DNA of 64,000 bases from Candidatus Tectimicrobiota bacterium (lineage in GTDB: Bacteria; JACPUC01): positions 62,001 through 126,000 of the forward strand of contig JACPUC010000012.1 in NCBI GenBank assembly GCA_016192455.1. The letters are read 5' to 3'. The notes below the pieces were generated by a model. The model made no database searches. It saw nothing but the letters and a program-made list of their open reading frames with translations, and was not told the DNA's origin. Numbering within the stretch: the stretch's first letter is position 1; every line of letters starts with the position of its first letter. This document shows positions 32,406-45,700 of this stretch, one piece after another. A program made the position numbers and the translations under genes.

Positions 32406-33308
32406 ATGTCTGCCGCCGATGCCCTCGCCCTCGATGAGACGGCGCCGCCGTACAGCTTCTTCGGCGAGTTCAAGAAGCGCTTCCTGCGCAACCGCCTGGC
32501 GATGGGCGGCATGGTGGTGGTACTGGCGCTCTTCATTCTCTCCATCATGTGGTGGGTTTTCGAACTCAAAGACCTCAACATCCCCTACGATCCCAACGCC
32601 ACGAACGTGGCCGCGCAGCTCCGGGGGCCATCCCTGGCGCACCCGCTGGGGACCGATCAGCTCGGCCGCGATGTCCTCTCGCGCACCCTGCGGGGCGCCC
32701 GCATCAGCCTCACGGTGGGCTTCGTCGCCGTCGGCATCTCGGTCAGCATCGGCGTGCTCGTCGGCAGCCTGGCAGGGTTCTTCGGCGGCTGGGTGGACTC
32801 CCTCCTCATGCGCCTCGTCGATATCGTCATCGCCTTCCCCAGCTTCTTCCTCATCCTCACGGTCGTGGCCCTCTTGAAGCCCAACTTCTGGAACGTCATC
32901 ATCGTCATCGGCATCACCGGCTGGACGGGGACGGCTCGCTTCGTGCGCGCCGAGTTCCTGTCGCTGAAGGAGCGCGACTTTGTGCAGGCGGCCTTCGCCA
33001 TCGGGGCGCCCTCGCGGCGCATCATCCTCCTCCACATGCTGCCGAACGCCCTGGCGCCGGTCCTCGTCTCCGCCACGCTGGGGGTGGCCGGGGCGATCCT
33101 CACCGAGGCCGGCCTCAGCTTCCTCGGCTTCGGCGTGCAGCCGCCGCGGCCGACCTGGGGGAACATCCTCTCCGAAGGCCGGCTCTACATCTTCGACGCC
33201 TGGTGGCTGACGGCTTTCCCGGGCCTCGCCATCCTCCTCACCGTCCTCGCCTTCAACCTCTTCGGCGAAGGGCTGCGCGACGCCCTCGACCCGCGCCTGA
33301 AAACGTAG
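32406..33308 (+). CDS. Peptide ABC permease (OppC/DppC-like)
   Basis: HPLGTDQLGRD, EAGLSFLG, GLRDALDPR. Confidence 0.93.
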   Translation: MSAADALALDETAPPYSFFGEFKKRFLRNRLAMGGMVVVLALFILSIMWWVFELKDLNIPYDPNATNVAAQLRGPSLAHPLGTDQLGRDVLSRTLRGARISLTVGFVAVGISVSIGVLVGSLAGFFGGWVDSLLMRLVDIVIAFPSFFLILTVVALLKPNFWNVIIVIGITGWTGTARFVRAEFLSLKERDFVQAAFAIGAPSRRIILLHMLPNALAPVLVSATLGVAGAILTEAGLSFLGFGVQPPRPTWGNILSEGRLYIFDAWWLTAFPGLAILLTVLAFNLFGEGLRDALDPRLKT

Positions 33309-33429
33309 CCGCCATGCAGCCCGGCGCTCCACTCCCTATGGTGACATCGCCCCCCGCCGGCGTCGCCAGGCTTCGCCAAGCACGAAGCCGAGCGCCTCAG
33401 GCCGGGGCCGAGGCAGGAGAGAGCAAACG

Positions 33430-33753
33430 ATGGATGTGATCAGGGTTTTTGAGAAGCAGCAGTTCGCCGCCGAGAAGATGAAGAAGGTGGGCCTTTTTGA
33501 TACGCAGAACCTCTTCTGCGACCTCTACTGCCTGGAGCCTGGGCAGGAGCAGAAGAGTCATACCCATGCGCATGAGGACAAGGTCTACTTCGTGCTCGAG
33601 GGCAAGGTTCGCGTGCGCATCGGAGGTGACGAGAAAGAGCTGAGCGCCAACATGCTCACGCTGGCGCCGGCGGGTTCGGAGCACGGCGTGGCGAACCATA
33701 CCAACACCCGCAGCACGCTCCTTGTCTTTATGGCGCCGAAGCCGCAGCACTGA
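33430..33753 (+). CDS. Cupin domain protein
   Basis: HTH..EDKVYFVLEG and PAGSEHGV motifs. Confidence 0.85.
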   Translation: MDVIRVFEKQQFAAEKMKKVGLFDTQNLFCDLYCLEPGQEQKSHTHAHEDKVYFVLEGKVRVRIGGDEKELSANMLTLAPAGSEHGVANHTNTRSTLLVFMAPKPQH

Positions 33754-33884
33754 GGCGCGCCGCCGAGACGCCCCTGCGGCGCAGCGCGGCGCCGCCACAT
33801 CAGCTCCCTCCCGTCAAGCCGGTCCTCCCCTTCACGCCGCCGCGGGCCACACCGGCTCGCTGCGGCGCCCCCCCTTTCTGCGGG

Positions 33885-34910
33885 CTAACTCCCCGGTCGC
33901 TGCCAGATGCCCGCCTCCAGCAGGCGCTCGATGCTGGCGCGCACCGCTTCCGCCCGCACCTTGAGATCGTGCGACAGGGGCGAGTCGAGGGCGGCGTTGA
34001 CGGGCATGATGGGACGCTCGTAGATTTTCCGGTAGACCTCGGTGCGCAGGTCCTTCAGCCAGTTGCCGAAGGTGGTCTGGGCGCGGAAGCGCCGCTGCGC
34101 CTCGATGTCGATCTGCGCGGCGGCGAAGGTGGAGCCGGGCGCCGAGGCGTCGGCCAGGACGTTGCCGCGGAAATCCACCACCATCGAGTGGCCGCCGAAA
34201 ATGCTGACCGCAGCCCGGCTCTCTTGCCTGGGGTAATAGTCGCCGGAGTTCGGCGAGACGACGTAGCAGTTGTTGTCGAGCGCCCGCGAGCGCGTCTGCA
34301 GCTCATAGGTGCCGCGGCTGGGGAAGGGCTCGTGCGCCGTCGGGATGCAGAGGACCTCGGCGCCGTTCATGGCGAAGCCGCGCGACATCTCCGGGTAGTA
34401 GCGGTCCACGCTGACCATGGCGGCGAGGCGGCCGATGGACGTGTCGACCACCGGGAAGAAGGCGTCGAGGTCGTCGCCGTACTCCTCCACCCAGCGGTCC
34501 CAGATGTCGTGCGGCGAGGCCAGCGCCTCGCGCGGGAAGAGGTTGATCTTGTGGTAGCGGAGGATGATGTCGCCGTTCGGCGCGATGATGATGGCGGTGT
34601 TGAAGACGCGGTCCACCTTGGCGTTGCGGGCGGTGAGCTGGGCCATGAGGTAGCAGCCGATCTCCTGGGCCTTCTTGCCGAGGGCGTCGGTCTCCGGCCC
34701 GGGAATCTCGGTGGAGTAGCCCTTCGACGGCAGCCCCATGACGACGCACTCCGGCAGCGCAATGAGCTTCACCGGCAGCTCCAGGGAGGTGAAGAAGACC
34801 GCCAGCTCGAGGCAGTCGTTGATGTGGTCGAGGTTGCGCCGCACGTCCTCGCGTCGGTCGAGCGCCCAGAACGTCGGTTGCAGAGCGATGGCTGAGTAGA
34901 GCGGGACCAT
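33885..34910 (-). CDS. Nitrilase-related hydrolase with Ser at the catalytic Cys position
   Basis: LPE and YHK present; MVSVDRYYPE aligns with ITCGEIAYPE and CMCYEMIVPE of its paralogs. Confidence 0.82.
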   Translation of the reverse strand: MVPLYSAIALQPTFWALDRREDVRRNLDHINDCLELAVFFTSLELPVKLIALPECVVMGLPSKGYSTEIPGPETDALGKKAQEIGCYLMAQLTARNAKVDRVFNTAIIIAPNGDIILRYHKINLFPREALASPHDIWDRWVEEYGDDLDAFFPVVDTSIGRLAAMVSVDRYYPEMSRGFAMNGAEVLCIPTAHEPFPSRGTYELQTRSRALDNNCYVVSPNSGDYYPRQESRAAVSIFGGHSMVVDFRGNVLADASAPGSTFAAAQIDIEAQRRFRAQTTFGNWLKDLRTEVYRKIYERPIMPVNAALDSPLSHDLKVRAEAVRASIERLLEAGIWQRPGS

Positions 34911-35229
34911 GATCACAACTCCTGACGAGGCTCGTGGGAGCAAGGCTGGCGCGGGGCGCTCGCGAAAGGAGCCGCCGCTCGTCCCGCCTGATCGGCACGG
35001 TGATGAAGCTTACCGGGGTTAAGGGTGCGGGATCAAGCTGAAGGAGGGCGCCCCTGCCGCCCCATGCGCCGCACGCGCGGTGGAAGGGGGCTCTCCGCGC
35101 CCGGCGGCGCGGCGGCGGCCGGGTGCATCGCGCTCAGGCGGAGGGGACCAACGATCTCCCGCAGCGACATCTCCTCGGAGATTCCTCTTGCCGAACCTCG
35201 AAAGCGTCTGCTGCATTCCGAGACGCAGC

Positions 35230-36072
35230 CTAGCGGACCGTCACCTCGCTGGGCCGCAGGGTGATCTTCTCCGCGCAGGTGCCGAAGAGGTGGTAGGCCG
35301 AGCCGGCCTCGGCGAGGAGGTCGAGGAGGAGGTCCGGTTCGTAGATGGAGATGCCGCCGAGGCAGGTGACGCCGCGCGCGAAGTAGGCGGTGGGCACCAT
35401 GCTCGCGGTGGGGCCGGCGATGATCACCTCCGTGCCGGGTTGCACGTGCGCCAAGAGGCCGTCGATGGTGTTGTTCACGATGGTCGTGCCGGTGAGGATG
35501 ATGAGGTCGGCCTTGGGCAGCACCTCGCCGGCCTGCTCGGGCCAGCGGTGCAGCGGCAGTTCATCCTGCTTCAAGGCGGCGGGGTTCTTTTCGAGCACCA
35601 GAAAGGAAGCCTGCTGCCGCTTCAGCTCGCGGATGAAGGGCGTGAAGGCGCCGACGAGGACGACGCTGCGGAAGCTGCGGAAGTCGATCTCCTCGATGGC
35701 GTCGCGCCGCCGCTCGATGATGTAGCCGTGCGGTTCGTGCCCCGCCCAGAGGTGGGCCGAAAGCGCATTGAGGAGGGCCACGGCGATGCTGCTCTTCAGG
35801 ACGTTGGCATCGCCCGCGTAGGAGAGCAGTTCGACGGCGGGCAGGCCGCGGAGCTTCCCCGCCTTCGGCATGCGGGCCGCCGTGGTCGGGCAGCAGACCG
35901 CCTCCGGGATGTCGCCGATCGCCGTGAAGGCGATGCCGGCTCGGCCGGAGCTGAGCTTCAGGCCGGTGAAGAAAATGCCGACGACGACGCGCTCGACCCT
36001 GAGGCTCTCCAGCTCACCTCCCAGCTCCTCTCGCAGTAGCGCGACGGTCTCCTGGGTGCTGCTCATCATCAT
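35230..36072 (-). CDS. DUF364 family (Rossmann-like, putative metal-handling) protein
   Basis: ADLIILTGTTIVNNTID, GPTAS, N-terminal CCP; real start at MMMSST after GGAGGAG. Confidence 0.75.
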   Translation of the reverse strand: MMMSSTQETVALLREELGGELESLRVERVVVGIFFTGLKLSSGRAGIAFTAIGDIPEAVCCPTTAARMPKAGKLRGLPAVELLSYAGDANVLKSSIAVALLNALSAHLWAGHEPHGYIIERRRDAIEEIDFRSFRSVVLVGAFTPFIRELKRQQASFLVLEKNPAALKQDELPLHRWPEQAGEVLPKADLIILTGTTIVNNTIDGLLAHVQPGTEVIIAGPTASMVPTAYFARGVTCLGGISIYEPDLLLDLLAEAGSAYHLFGTCAEKITLRPSEVTVR

Positions 36073-36106
36073 CTCCTCCCGTGGTGGCACGCCCGAGCGT
36101 CGTATC

Positions 36107-36329
36107 CCTAGTGATCTCCGACACCAAGCGCCGGCACCGCTACCGCGGGGGACGTGGTGTCGGCGCCGCGGAGCCCCGCCGGCCATGTCTCTCGCAAGAG
36201 GCGCACCCCTCTCTGCGAGCTGCTTGCAACGCGCGGCGGGGGAGGGGAGTGGGAATCCCCCAGGGAACCCGCGTACCCATGGCGCCTGCAACGCCCCGAC
36301 CTCGTCGGAAAAGGTAGCAGACTGACGAC

Positions 36330-36332
<3 letters not shown>
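36107..36332 (-). repeat. Highly degenerate relative of the MITE-like repeat
   Basis: Minus strand CGCGCGTTGCAAGCAGCTCGCAGAGAGGGGTGCGC resembles the family core; CTAGTG at one boundary. Confidence 0.35.
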
Positions 36333-39380
<3,048 letters not shown>

Positions 39381-39983
39381 ATGATCTGCCCTCCTGTAGG
39401 GGCTGGGACATGGTCGGAGGCGTGGAAGGGAAGCGGGAACCTCATGCGAAGCGCTGTCGTTCCTATTGATTAGTCTGCCATCTCGCCCCTGTCAACGCCT
39501 TTCCTCCCCGAACGCGCACCCTCGTCGCAGGCTGCCCGCCGCAGCTCCGAGCGCGCCCTCCGCAACCAAACAGGCCCGGCCGCCGGCCGCCGGTCCGTCC
39601 GACCTGGCACGCCGACGTGCAAAGCCGACACGCCTCACCTCCCTGGCGGCGCTACGGCGCACTTCTCGGCGGGCGGGACGAAACGGATGCAACGACGTTC
39701 CCTGAGGCGGGATCATCTGGGATGACGAAGAGGGGATACGGGTAGCATCCCCTCCTCCTCGAACACCTCGCAGACGCCTTGGCCTGCGTCAACCAGCAAG
39801 CCTCGGAGCCGCCTCTGCGCTTCTCCACCTGACCCCCGCCCCCCGCGGCCCCTCGTCCGCGCCCTGTGCGTTCCGGGGAGGGGGGGATCGCGCTTCCCTC
39901 GCCTGGCTCTGCACGACCTCGCCGCGCTGCCCCGGCCGGTTCAGAGCCGGGAGCGCCTCCCGGATACCAGATCGGCCTCTCCC

Positions 39984-41027
39984 CTACTTCGGCACGAAAG
40001 CGAAGGAGAAGGTGTCGGGGAGGAAGCGGGGTGGAAATCCCTTGCAAGCGCTGGCGGAAACCTTCCCTTTCTCCCCGCCAACCTCGGCGGAGCAGAAGAG
40101 CTTCTGCACCTCATCGGTGAAGCCCCGTAGGTCATCGAGGGAGCTCTGATTCCAGGTCGTCAGGTACTGGCCCGTGAGGGCTTTCTGGAGCATCTCGCGG
40201 CCCGCCTCATCTTCAATGCCGACGATCTTGGCGAAATCCTTCCACACCTCGGGATGGCTGTTGATGTACCCCACCGCTTCCTTGTAGGCGGCCACAAAGC
40301 CACGCACCGCCTCGGGGTGCTTGGCGATGAAGTCCTCGTTCGTGGTGATGGTGACGAGGAGCATATCCTGCCCGGTCTTCTCCTTCCAGAACTTGCCGAT
40401 ATCCATAATGGAGCGGAACGGCTTGGTGGTGAGGAACTTCGACGTGAGAGGGTGGAGCGTCAAGACGGCGTCGAGTTCACCTTTCTCCAGCAGGTTCGCC
40501 TGGAGAACGGGCGAACCGTAGCGCAGCGACGCATCAATGAGGGGATCGAAGCCGAAGTACTTCTTGCCAATGGTGCGGAACACCATCGACGTGGTGCCGG
40601 CTGGTCCGCCGAAGACACCGAGGCGCTTCCCCTTCAGATCGGCAAAGGTCTGAATCGGCGAGTCCTTGCGCACGAGGATGTCATTGACGAAGCCGATGAG
40701 GGGAAAGACCGTGACGAGCTTCATGCCCTGGGAACGGAAGAGCACATTCGAGGCCCAGGCGGGAAAACTGATGTCGACCTCATTCCCTGTCAACGCCGTA
40801 TAGAGAGCCGACACCGAGACCACATCGCGGCGGATGATGCGGAGGCCGTGCTTCTCCGCAATCTTCTGGCGTTGCATGATCTCCACCGGGAACATCTGCG
40901 TCCCTTGCAGGACGTAGACCCGCACATCGACCAGCCCTTGCGCCCGAGCCGCGAGGCCCATCCCCAGCAGCAGCCCAAGCATGACGCCGCACGTGATGGT
41001 TCGCCGTAGCCAGGTTGTGTGCCGCAT
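39984..41027 (-). CDS. ABC substrate-binding protein, SsuA/TauA/NMT1-THI5-like
   Basis: Signal peptide, SPIQTFADLKGKRLG, FIAKHPEAVRGFVAA; GAGGAGGAG RBS. Confidence 0.85.
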   Translation of the reverse strand: MRHTTWLRRTITCGVMLGLLLGMGLAARAQGLVDVRVYVLQGTQMFPVEIMQRQKIAEKHGLRIIRRDVVSVSALYTALTGNEVDISFPAWASNVLFRSQGMKLVTVFPLIGFVNDILVRKDSPIQTFADLKGKRLGVFGGPAGTTSMVFRTIGKKYFGFDPLIDASLRYGSPVLQANLLEKGELDAVLTLHPLTSKFLTTKPFRSIMDIGKFWKEKTGQDMLLVTITTNEDFIAKHPEAVRGFVAAYKEAVGYINSHPEVWKDFAKIVGIEDEAGREMLQKALTGQYLTTWNQSSLDDLRGFTDEVQKLFCSAEVGGEKGKVSASACKGFPPRFLPDTFSFAFVPK

Positions 41028-41217
41028 ACGCTCCTCCTCCCGATACCTCAAGAGCCACAGCCTGTGAGACGGCTCGCCCCCCGAGGTCCATGTTCCCTGC
41101 CAAGCCGCAGGACTCCTCGCGGCCGTTCCAGCGCCCACCCTCGACCCGCCCGTCGGTGTCGCAACACTGCCGCCCGTACACTCAGCCCTCGTCGCTGGCG
41201 ACTCTGCCGACCCATGC

Positions 41218-42336
41218 TCACACCAGGTGATCCCGCTCCCCCTCCAGCAGGTGCCGCACTTCATGGATGAGGGCACGCTCACGGGCATGCGTGGGAGCCT
41301 GACGCAGGTCCTCGAGGAGCCGCCGGAGGCTGGCCGCGGCGCCGGCGTCCAGGCGCTCCGCCGCGCGGCGCACGCCGCCTTCGTCCACGATCTCGAGCGG
41401 CCCATGGCTCGCCCTGTTCACCTGCAGCCGGAAGACATCGAAGCGATTGTAGTGGCCGATGAGGTCGTGGGTGATCTTCCCCTCGATGATCTGCTCGAAA
41501 TCGAGATCACCGTAGACGATGCACTCGCCCTCCTCGATCGGTCCCGCCAGGTAGCGTCCGGCGGGGTCCACGATGGCCGAGTAACCGCCGCCGTTGACGG
41601 CGATTGGCGGCGGCTGGCGGTCCGTGAAGATGCTGTCGACCATTTCCTGCGAGAAGACGCCCGAGGAGCTGACCACGAAGACCTTGCCCTCGAAGGCGTG
41701 GTAGCGGATGCGGATGCCGATGCCCTGGCGCATCACCTCGAGGGCCGGCGAGGCGAAGGCTGGCCAGCTTGCCACGTGCACCTTCTCCCCCTGGGCCAGC
41801 AGAGCGAAACGCGCCAGGCTGTTGGTGTTTTCGCCGCAGATGAGGGCGCCCACCTCGCCGAACGAGGTCGGGAAGGTGCGCAGGCTGCTGCCGTCGCCGC
41901 CGGTATGCACGAGACGTTCGCCGAAGGTCGGCATGAGCTTGCGGTGCTTGCCCAGGATGCTCCCCTCGGCGCCGATGACGAGCTGGGTGTTGTAAAGCGT
42001 GCCGAGGGTGCCGGGGTCCTTCTCATTCAAGCCCATGACCACCACCACGCCGGCATCCCGCGCGGCGCGGCAGAGGGTCTCGGTGGCGGGGCTGGGAATT
42101 TCGACGGCGTTCTTGAACAGATCGAGGAAGAAGCGGCGCCCTTCGAGCGGCGACAGGAAGCTGTTCCAGTGCGGGAAGGCGGGGATGAAGCACTCCGGGA
42201 ACGCCGCAAGCTGCGCGCCGTTCGCGCCCGCCTCACGGATCAGCCGGCAGGCTTTCTCCACCGTGGCTTCGCGGTCGAGGAACACTGGCGCGGCCTGCAC
42301 GGCTGCGGCCCGAATCTTCGGATAGCTGTCGCCCAT
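41218..42336 (-). CDS. Nitrilase (branch 1-like) with short C-terminal helical extension
   Basis: AAVQAAP, FPECFIPAFP, HRKLMPTFGE, ICGEN, GHYNRFDVF. Confidence 0.9.
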   Translation of the reverse strand: MGDSYPKIRAAAVQAAPVFLDREATVEKACRLIREAGANGAQLAAFPECFIPAFPHWNSFLSPLEGRRFFLDLFKNAVEIPSPATETLCRAARDAGVVVVMGLNEKDPGTLGTLYNTQLVIGAEGSILGKHRKLMPTFGERLVHTGGDGSSLRTFPTSFGEVGALICGENTNSLARFALLAQGEKVHVASWPAFASPALEVMRQGIGIRIRYHAFEGKVFVVSSSGVFSQEMVDSIFTDRQPPPIAVNGGGYSAIVDPAGRYLAGPIEEGECIVYGDLDFEQIIEGKITHDLIGHYNRFDVFRLQVNRASHGPLEIVDEGGVRRAAERLDAGAAASLRRLLEDLRQAPTHARERALIHEVRHLLEGERDHLV

Positions 42337-42581
42337 GCTTCCTCCCATTCGCCCTGCTTCACGTCGCCCGGGGCTGATTCGCGCCGCCAAGCCGCGCGTC
42401 TCCCGGCTTCTTCCCAAGAGCACTCTAGCACAAGCACAGCATCCTCTCAACCCTGCGCTCACAATCGCGGTTGTGTCAAGAAAAACGGCGCGTTGCAGTC
42501 GCGCCGCCGCCAGGACAGCGGGCCTGGCGAGAGGGGGGCGGCGAAGGTAAAAGGCCGAAATCCAAGCGGTTCAAGCCGTTC

Positions 42582-42610
42582 TGGACAGTGGACAGGGCTT
42601 GTGGTATACG
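42582..42610 (+). promoter_or_regulatory. Putative sigma70 promoter of the ABC/QueG-like operon
   Basis: TGGACA-N17-TATACG with an extended TG; tandem TGGACAG repeat. Confidence 0.4.
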
Positions 42611-42677
42611 AGGGGGTGAGGGGACGCTTTGCCTGCGCCACGTCCCCTTCTTCTACTCCAAGGGGGGTTGCGAATTC

Positions 42678-43511
42678 ATGCGCGCTGACGTTCGGGAGGC
42701 GGCTGGAGCGCACCTGGAGATCGTGGAGACCCAGGCCATGGCGCGGAGCACCGTGATCATGGGTCGGAGTCTTGCGAAGGTTGCCTCGGCGATCCTCATC
42801 GTGCTCGTCTGGTGGCTCCTCGCCCTCACCCTCTCCCCTGATGTCCTCCCCGGCCCCCTGCCGACCTTCCGGGTCTTCTGGAACAACCTCATCACCGGCC
42901 AACTCCACACCCACTTCTTCGCCACCATGATCCGTGTGGGGTTGGGGTTCCTCTTCGCCATGCTGCTCGGCATCCTGGCCGGCACCATCATGGGGTTGTA
43001 CCAGCGCGTTGAGCTCGTCGCCGACCTCTGGGTGATGGTCGCCCTGACCATCCCCGGGCTCTGCTACACCTTCCTCTCGTTCATGTGGTTTGGTCTCAAT
43101 GAGGCGGCCGCCATTATCGCCATCTCGATTACCGTCTTCCCCTCGATCACCATCAACATGTGGGAGGGGGTGAAGGATATCGACTCGCGGCTCATCGACA
43201 TGTCGAAGACCTTCCAAGCCTCGCCGCTGCGGCGCTTCTTCCAGGTCATCATCCCGCAGATTCTGCCGTACATCCTCGCCGCGTCGCGCTTCGGCCTGGG
43301 ACTGATCTGGAAGGTCACCGTGCTCATCGAGCTCATCGGCATGGGCGACGGCGTCGGCTACATGCTGAACTTCTGGTTCCAGGTCTACGACATGCGGCAG
43401 GTGCTGGCCTGGACGCTCTTCTTCACGATCATCATGCTGGTCATCGAGCTTGGTATCCTGAAGCAGGTGGAGAACCGCATCTTCGCCTGGCGTCCGCGCA
43501 TCAAGGTCTAG
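42678..43511 (+). CDS. ABC permease (SsuC/TauC-like)
   Basis: LPGP, six TM segments, EAA-like loop, ELIGMGDGVGY; start may be 42738. Confidence 0.9.
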   Translation: MRADVREAAGAHLEIVETQAMARSTVIMGRSLAKVASAILIVLVWWLLALTLSPDVLPGPLPTFRVFWNNLITGQLHTHFFATMIRVGLGFLFAMLLGILAGTIMGLYQRVELVADLWVMVALTIPGLCYTFLSFMWFGLNEAAAIIAISITVFPSITINMWEGVKDIDSRLIDMSKTFQASPLRRFFQVIIPQILPYILAASRFGLGLIWKVTVLIELIGMGDGVGYMLNFWFQVYDMRQVLAWTLFFTIIMLVIELGILKQVENRIFAWRPRIKV

Positions 43512-43543
43512 CCCCGGCCGCGCCGCTCCCGGTGGTCTCACGC

Positions 43544-44338
43544 ATGGCAGCCCACATCGAAGTCCGCAACCTGCGCAAGGTCTTCCAGTTCGGCAGCTCG
43601 AAGCGCGGCCTGCTGGCGCTGAGCGAGGTGAACTTCGCCATCAAGCCCGGCGAGTTCGTCTGCATCCTTGGCCCGTCGGGGTGCGGCAAGTCCACCATCC
43701 TTAATATCCTCGGCGGCCTCGATGCGACCTACGAGGGGGAGGTCCTCGTCGACGGCGTATCGCTGAGCAGCACCCCCAGCCAGAAGCGGCGCATCGGCTA
43801 CATCTTCCAGGAGCCGCGACTCTTGCCGTGGCGCAGCGTGCTGCGCAATATCACCTTCGCCCTCGAGTCCGTGGGCCATCCGCGCAGCGCCGCCAGGGAG
43901 ACCGCGCAGAGCTTCATCAACCTGGTCGGCCTGACGGGGTTCGAGCACCACTACCCCTACCAGCTCTCCGGCGGCATGCAGCAGCGCACCTCAATTGCCC
44001 GCGCCTTCGCTGTGGACCCTGACATCCTCTACATGGACGAGCCGTTCAGCTCCCTGGACGAGATCACCGCCCGCTCCCTGCGCGAGGAGCTCCTCGAGAT
44101 CTGGCGCAAGACGCACAAGACGATCCTCTTCGTCACCCACAACTCCATGGAGGCCACCTTCCTCTCCGACCGCATCTTCCTCATGACCCGCCGCCCGGGT
44201 CGCATCTACGAGGAGGTGACGGTGGACCTCCCCCGCCCGCGCGCCCTCGACGACCCGCGCCTCTTTGCCCTGAACAACCGCATCGTCACCAACTTCCTCA
44301 GCACCATCGGCGAGCTGCGCGGCGCCAGGGGAGCCTGA
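43544..44338 (+). CDS. ABC ATPase (SsuB/TauB-like)
   Basis: GPSGCGKS, FQEPRLLPW, LSGGMQQR, MDEPFSSLD. Confidence 0.92.
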   Translation: MAAHIEVRNLRKVFQFGSSKRGLLALSEVNFAIKPGEFVCILGPSGCGKSTILNILGGLDATYEGEVLVDGVSLSSTPSQKRRIGYIFQEPRLLPWRSVLRNITFALESVGHPRSAARETAQSFINLVGLTGFEHHYPYQLSGGMQQRTSIARAFAVDPDILYMDEPFSSLDEITARSLREELLEIWRKTHKTILFVTHNSMEATFLSDRIFLMTRRPGRIYEEVTVDLPRPRALDDPRLFALNNRIVTNFLSTIGELRGARGA

Positions 44339-44661
44339 GGGGCCATGCGCCGCCGCTGCAGCCTGGCGCCGCCGTCGGCGAGGCCGACCCACGGCTTGCC
44401 CGCTGCCGGGCGCCTCCGCTTGCCGCCCTTTCCTCGCCGCCGAGACGCTGCAACCGCGCGACGGCCTCCTCGGCGTTGCATCGCGCCAACCCGGCAGAGG
44501 TCGCGGGAGCCGGCCGCGGCGGGTGCGTTTCGCCTTGCATCGCCGCGGCAGTTGCGCCATATCAAGGTGGCGGACCGTGCGCCACGCCGCGGTTCGACCG
44601 GCGCAGCCCCGCCGCTCCGCGGTCCAGCCGCCCCGCGCCGTGCGCGCAGGAGAACGCCACC

Positions 44662-45630
44662 GTGGAACTCACCGCCGAGACGGTCAAGGCGAAGGCGCTG
44701 GAGCTGGGCGCCGACGTCGTGGGCATCGCCAGCGGGGCCGTGCTGGATCAGTTCCCGCCCGATCCGAGCCTGCCGCAAACCCCCTCCAGCATCAGCGACC
44801 ATGACAACAAGAGCGTCATCGTCCTGGCCCGCAAGTTCGCCTGGGGGCTGACTCGGGTGCCGAAGGCCGACCAGAACAAACTCTACACGGCGCAGCTTGA
44901 ATTGCAGGGCCTCGAGGAGCTCGCCTACGACCTCGTCATCTTCCTCGAGGACCACGGCTACCCGGCCATCACCGTGCCCGCCGTGCACACCATGTGGGAG
45001 ATGCGCCAGGGACTCTACGGTCCGCTGTCGCTGCGGCACGCCGCCGTCGAGGCGGGGCTGGGCACCCTGGGGCTGAACCTGCAGCTCCTGACGCCGCGGT
45101 ACGGGCCGCGCGTCATGCTCATGGGCGTGCTCACCTGCGCGCCGCTCGAACCGGATCAGCCGATGCACGAAGCGCTCTGCAAAGGACCGGAGTGCGGCCG
45201 CTGCCTCCTTACCTGTCCGGGCGACGCGGCCTTGCACTGGAACATCGACAAAGAGAAGTGCTCCCCGCATGCCTGGCCGTATGGCTGGCAGTACCTCACG
45301 AACCACATCAAGGATCTCATGACCGCCGGCTCCTTCGACGAAAAGTGGGCGCTCGTCAAGGGGAAAGCCACCTTCGAGCTGTGGCAGAGCATGCTCCAGG
45401 GGGTGGGGGTGAACTCCGGCTGCACGCGCTGTCTGGAGGTCTGCCCCGTCGGCGAGGACTACGAGCTCTTCCTGAAGGAGGCGCAGGAGGAGATCCCCGA
45501 GGCCACCCCGGAGAAGCAGGCGCGCCTGCAGGCGATGCGCGACGCCGAGGAAGCAGGCGATCTGGGGCCGAGCTTCGCGGCCTCGCGGCGGTGGATCGGC
45601 GCCTACCCGGCCCTGCGCGTCATCCCATAG
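44662..45630 (+). CDS. Epoxyqueuosine reductase/reductive dehalogenase-like cobalamin, 2x[4Fe-4S] protein (paralog 1)
   Basis: GADVVGIA, RHAAVEAGLG..G...TPRYGPR, CX4CX2CX3CP and C-X53-CX2CX3CP; GTG start after AGGAG. Confidence 0.8.
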   Translation: MELTAETVKAKALELGADVVGIASGAVLDQFPPDPSLPQTPSSISDHDNKSVIVLARKFAWGLTRVPKADQNKLYTAQLELQGLEELAYDLVIFLEDHGYPAITVPAVHTMWEMRQGLYGPLSLRHAAVEAGLGTLGLNLQLLTPRYGPRVMLMGVLTCAPLEPDQPMHEALCKGPECGRCLLTCPGDAALHWNIDKEKCSPHAWPYGWQYLTNHIKDLMTAGSFDEKWALVKGKATFELWQSMLQGVGVNSGCTRCLEVCPVGEDYELFLKEAQEEIPEATPEKQARLQAMRDAEEAGDLGPSFAASRRWIGAYPALRVIP

Positions 45631-45700
45631 CGAGGAGCCAGTTGCCTGGCGGCGGGTCGGTCTCGAGTTGGGCTGAAGAAACGAAGGAAAGGAACCCAGC

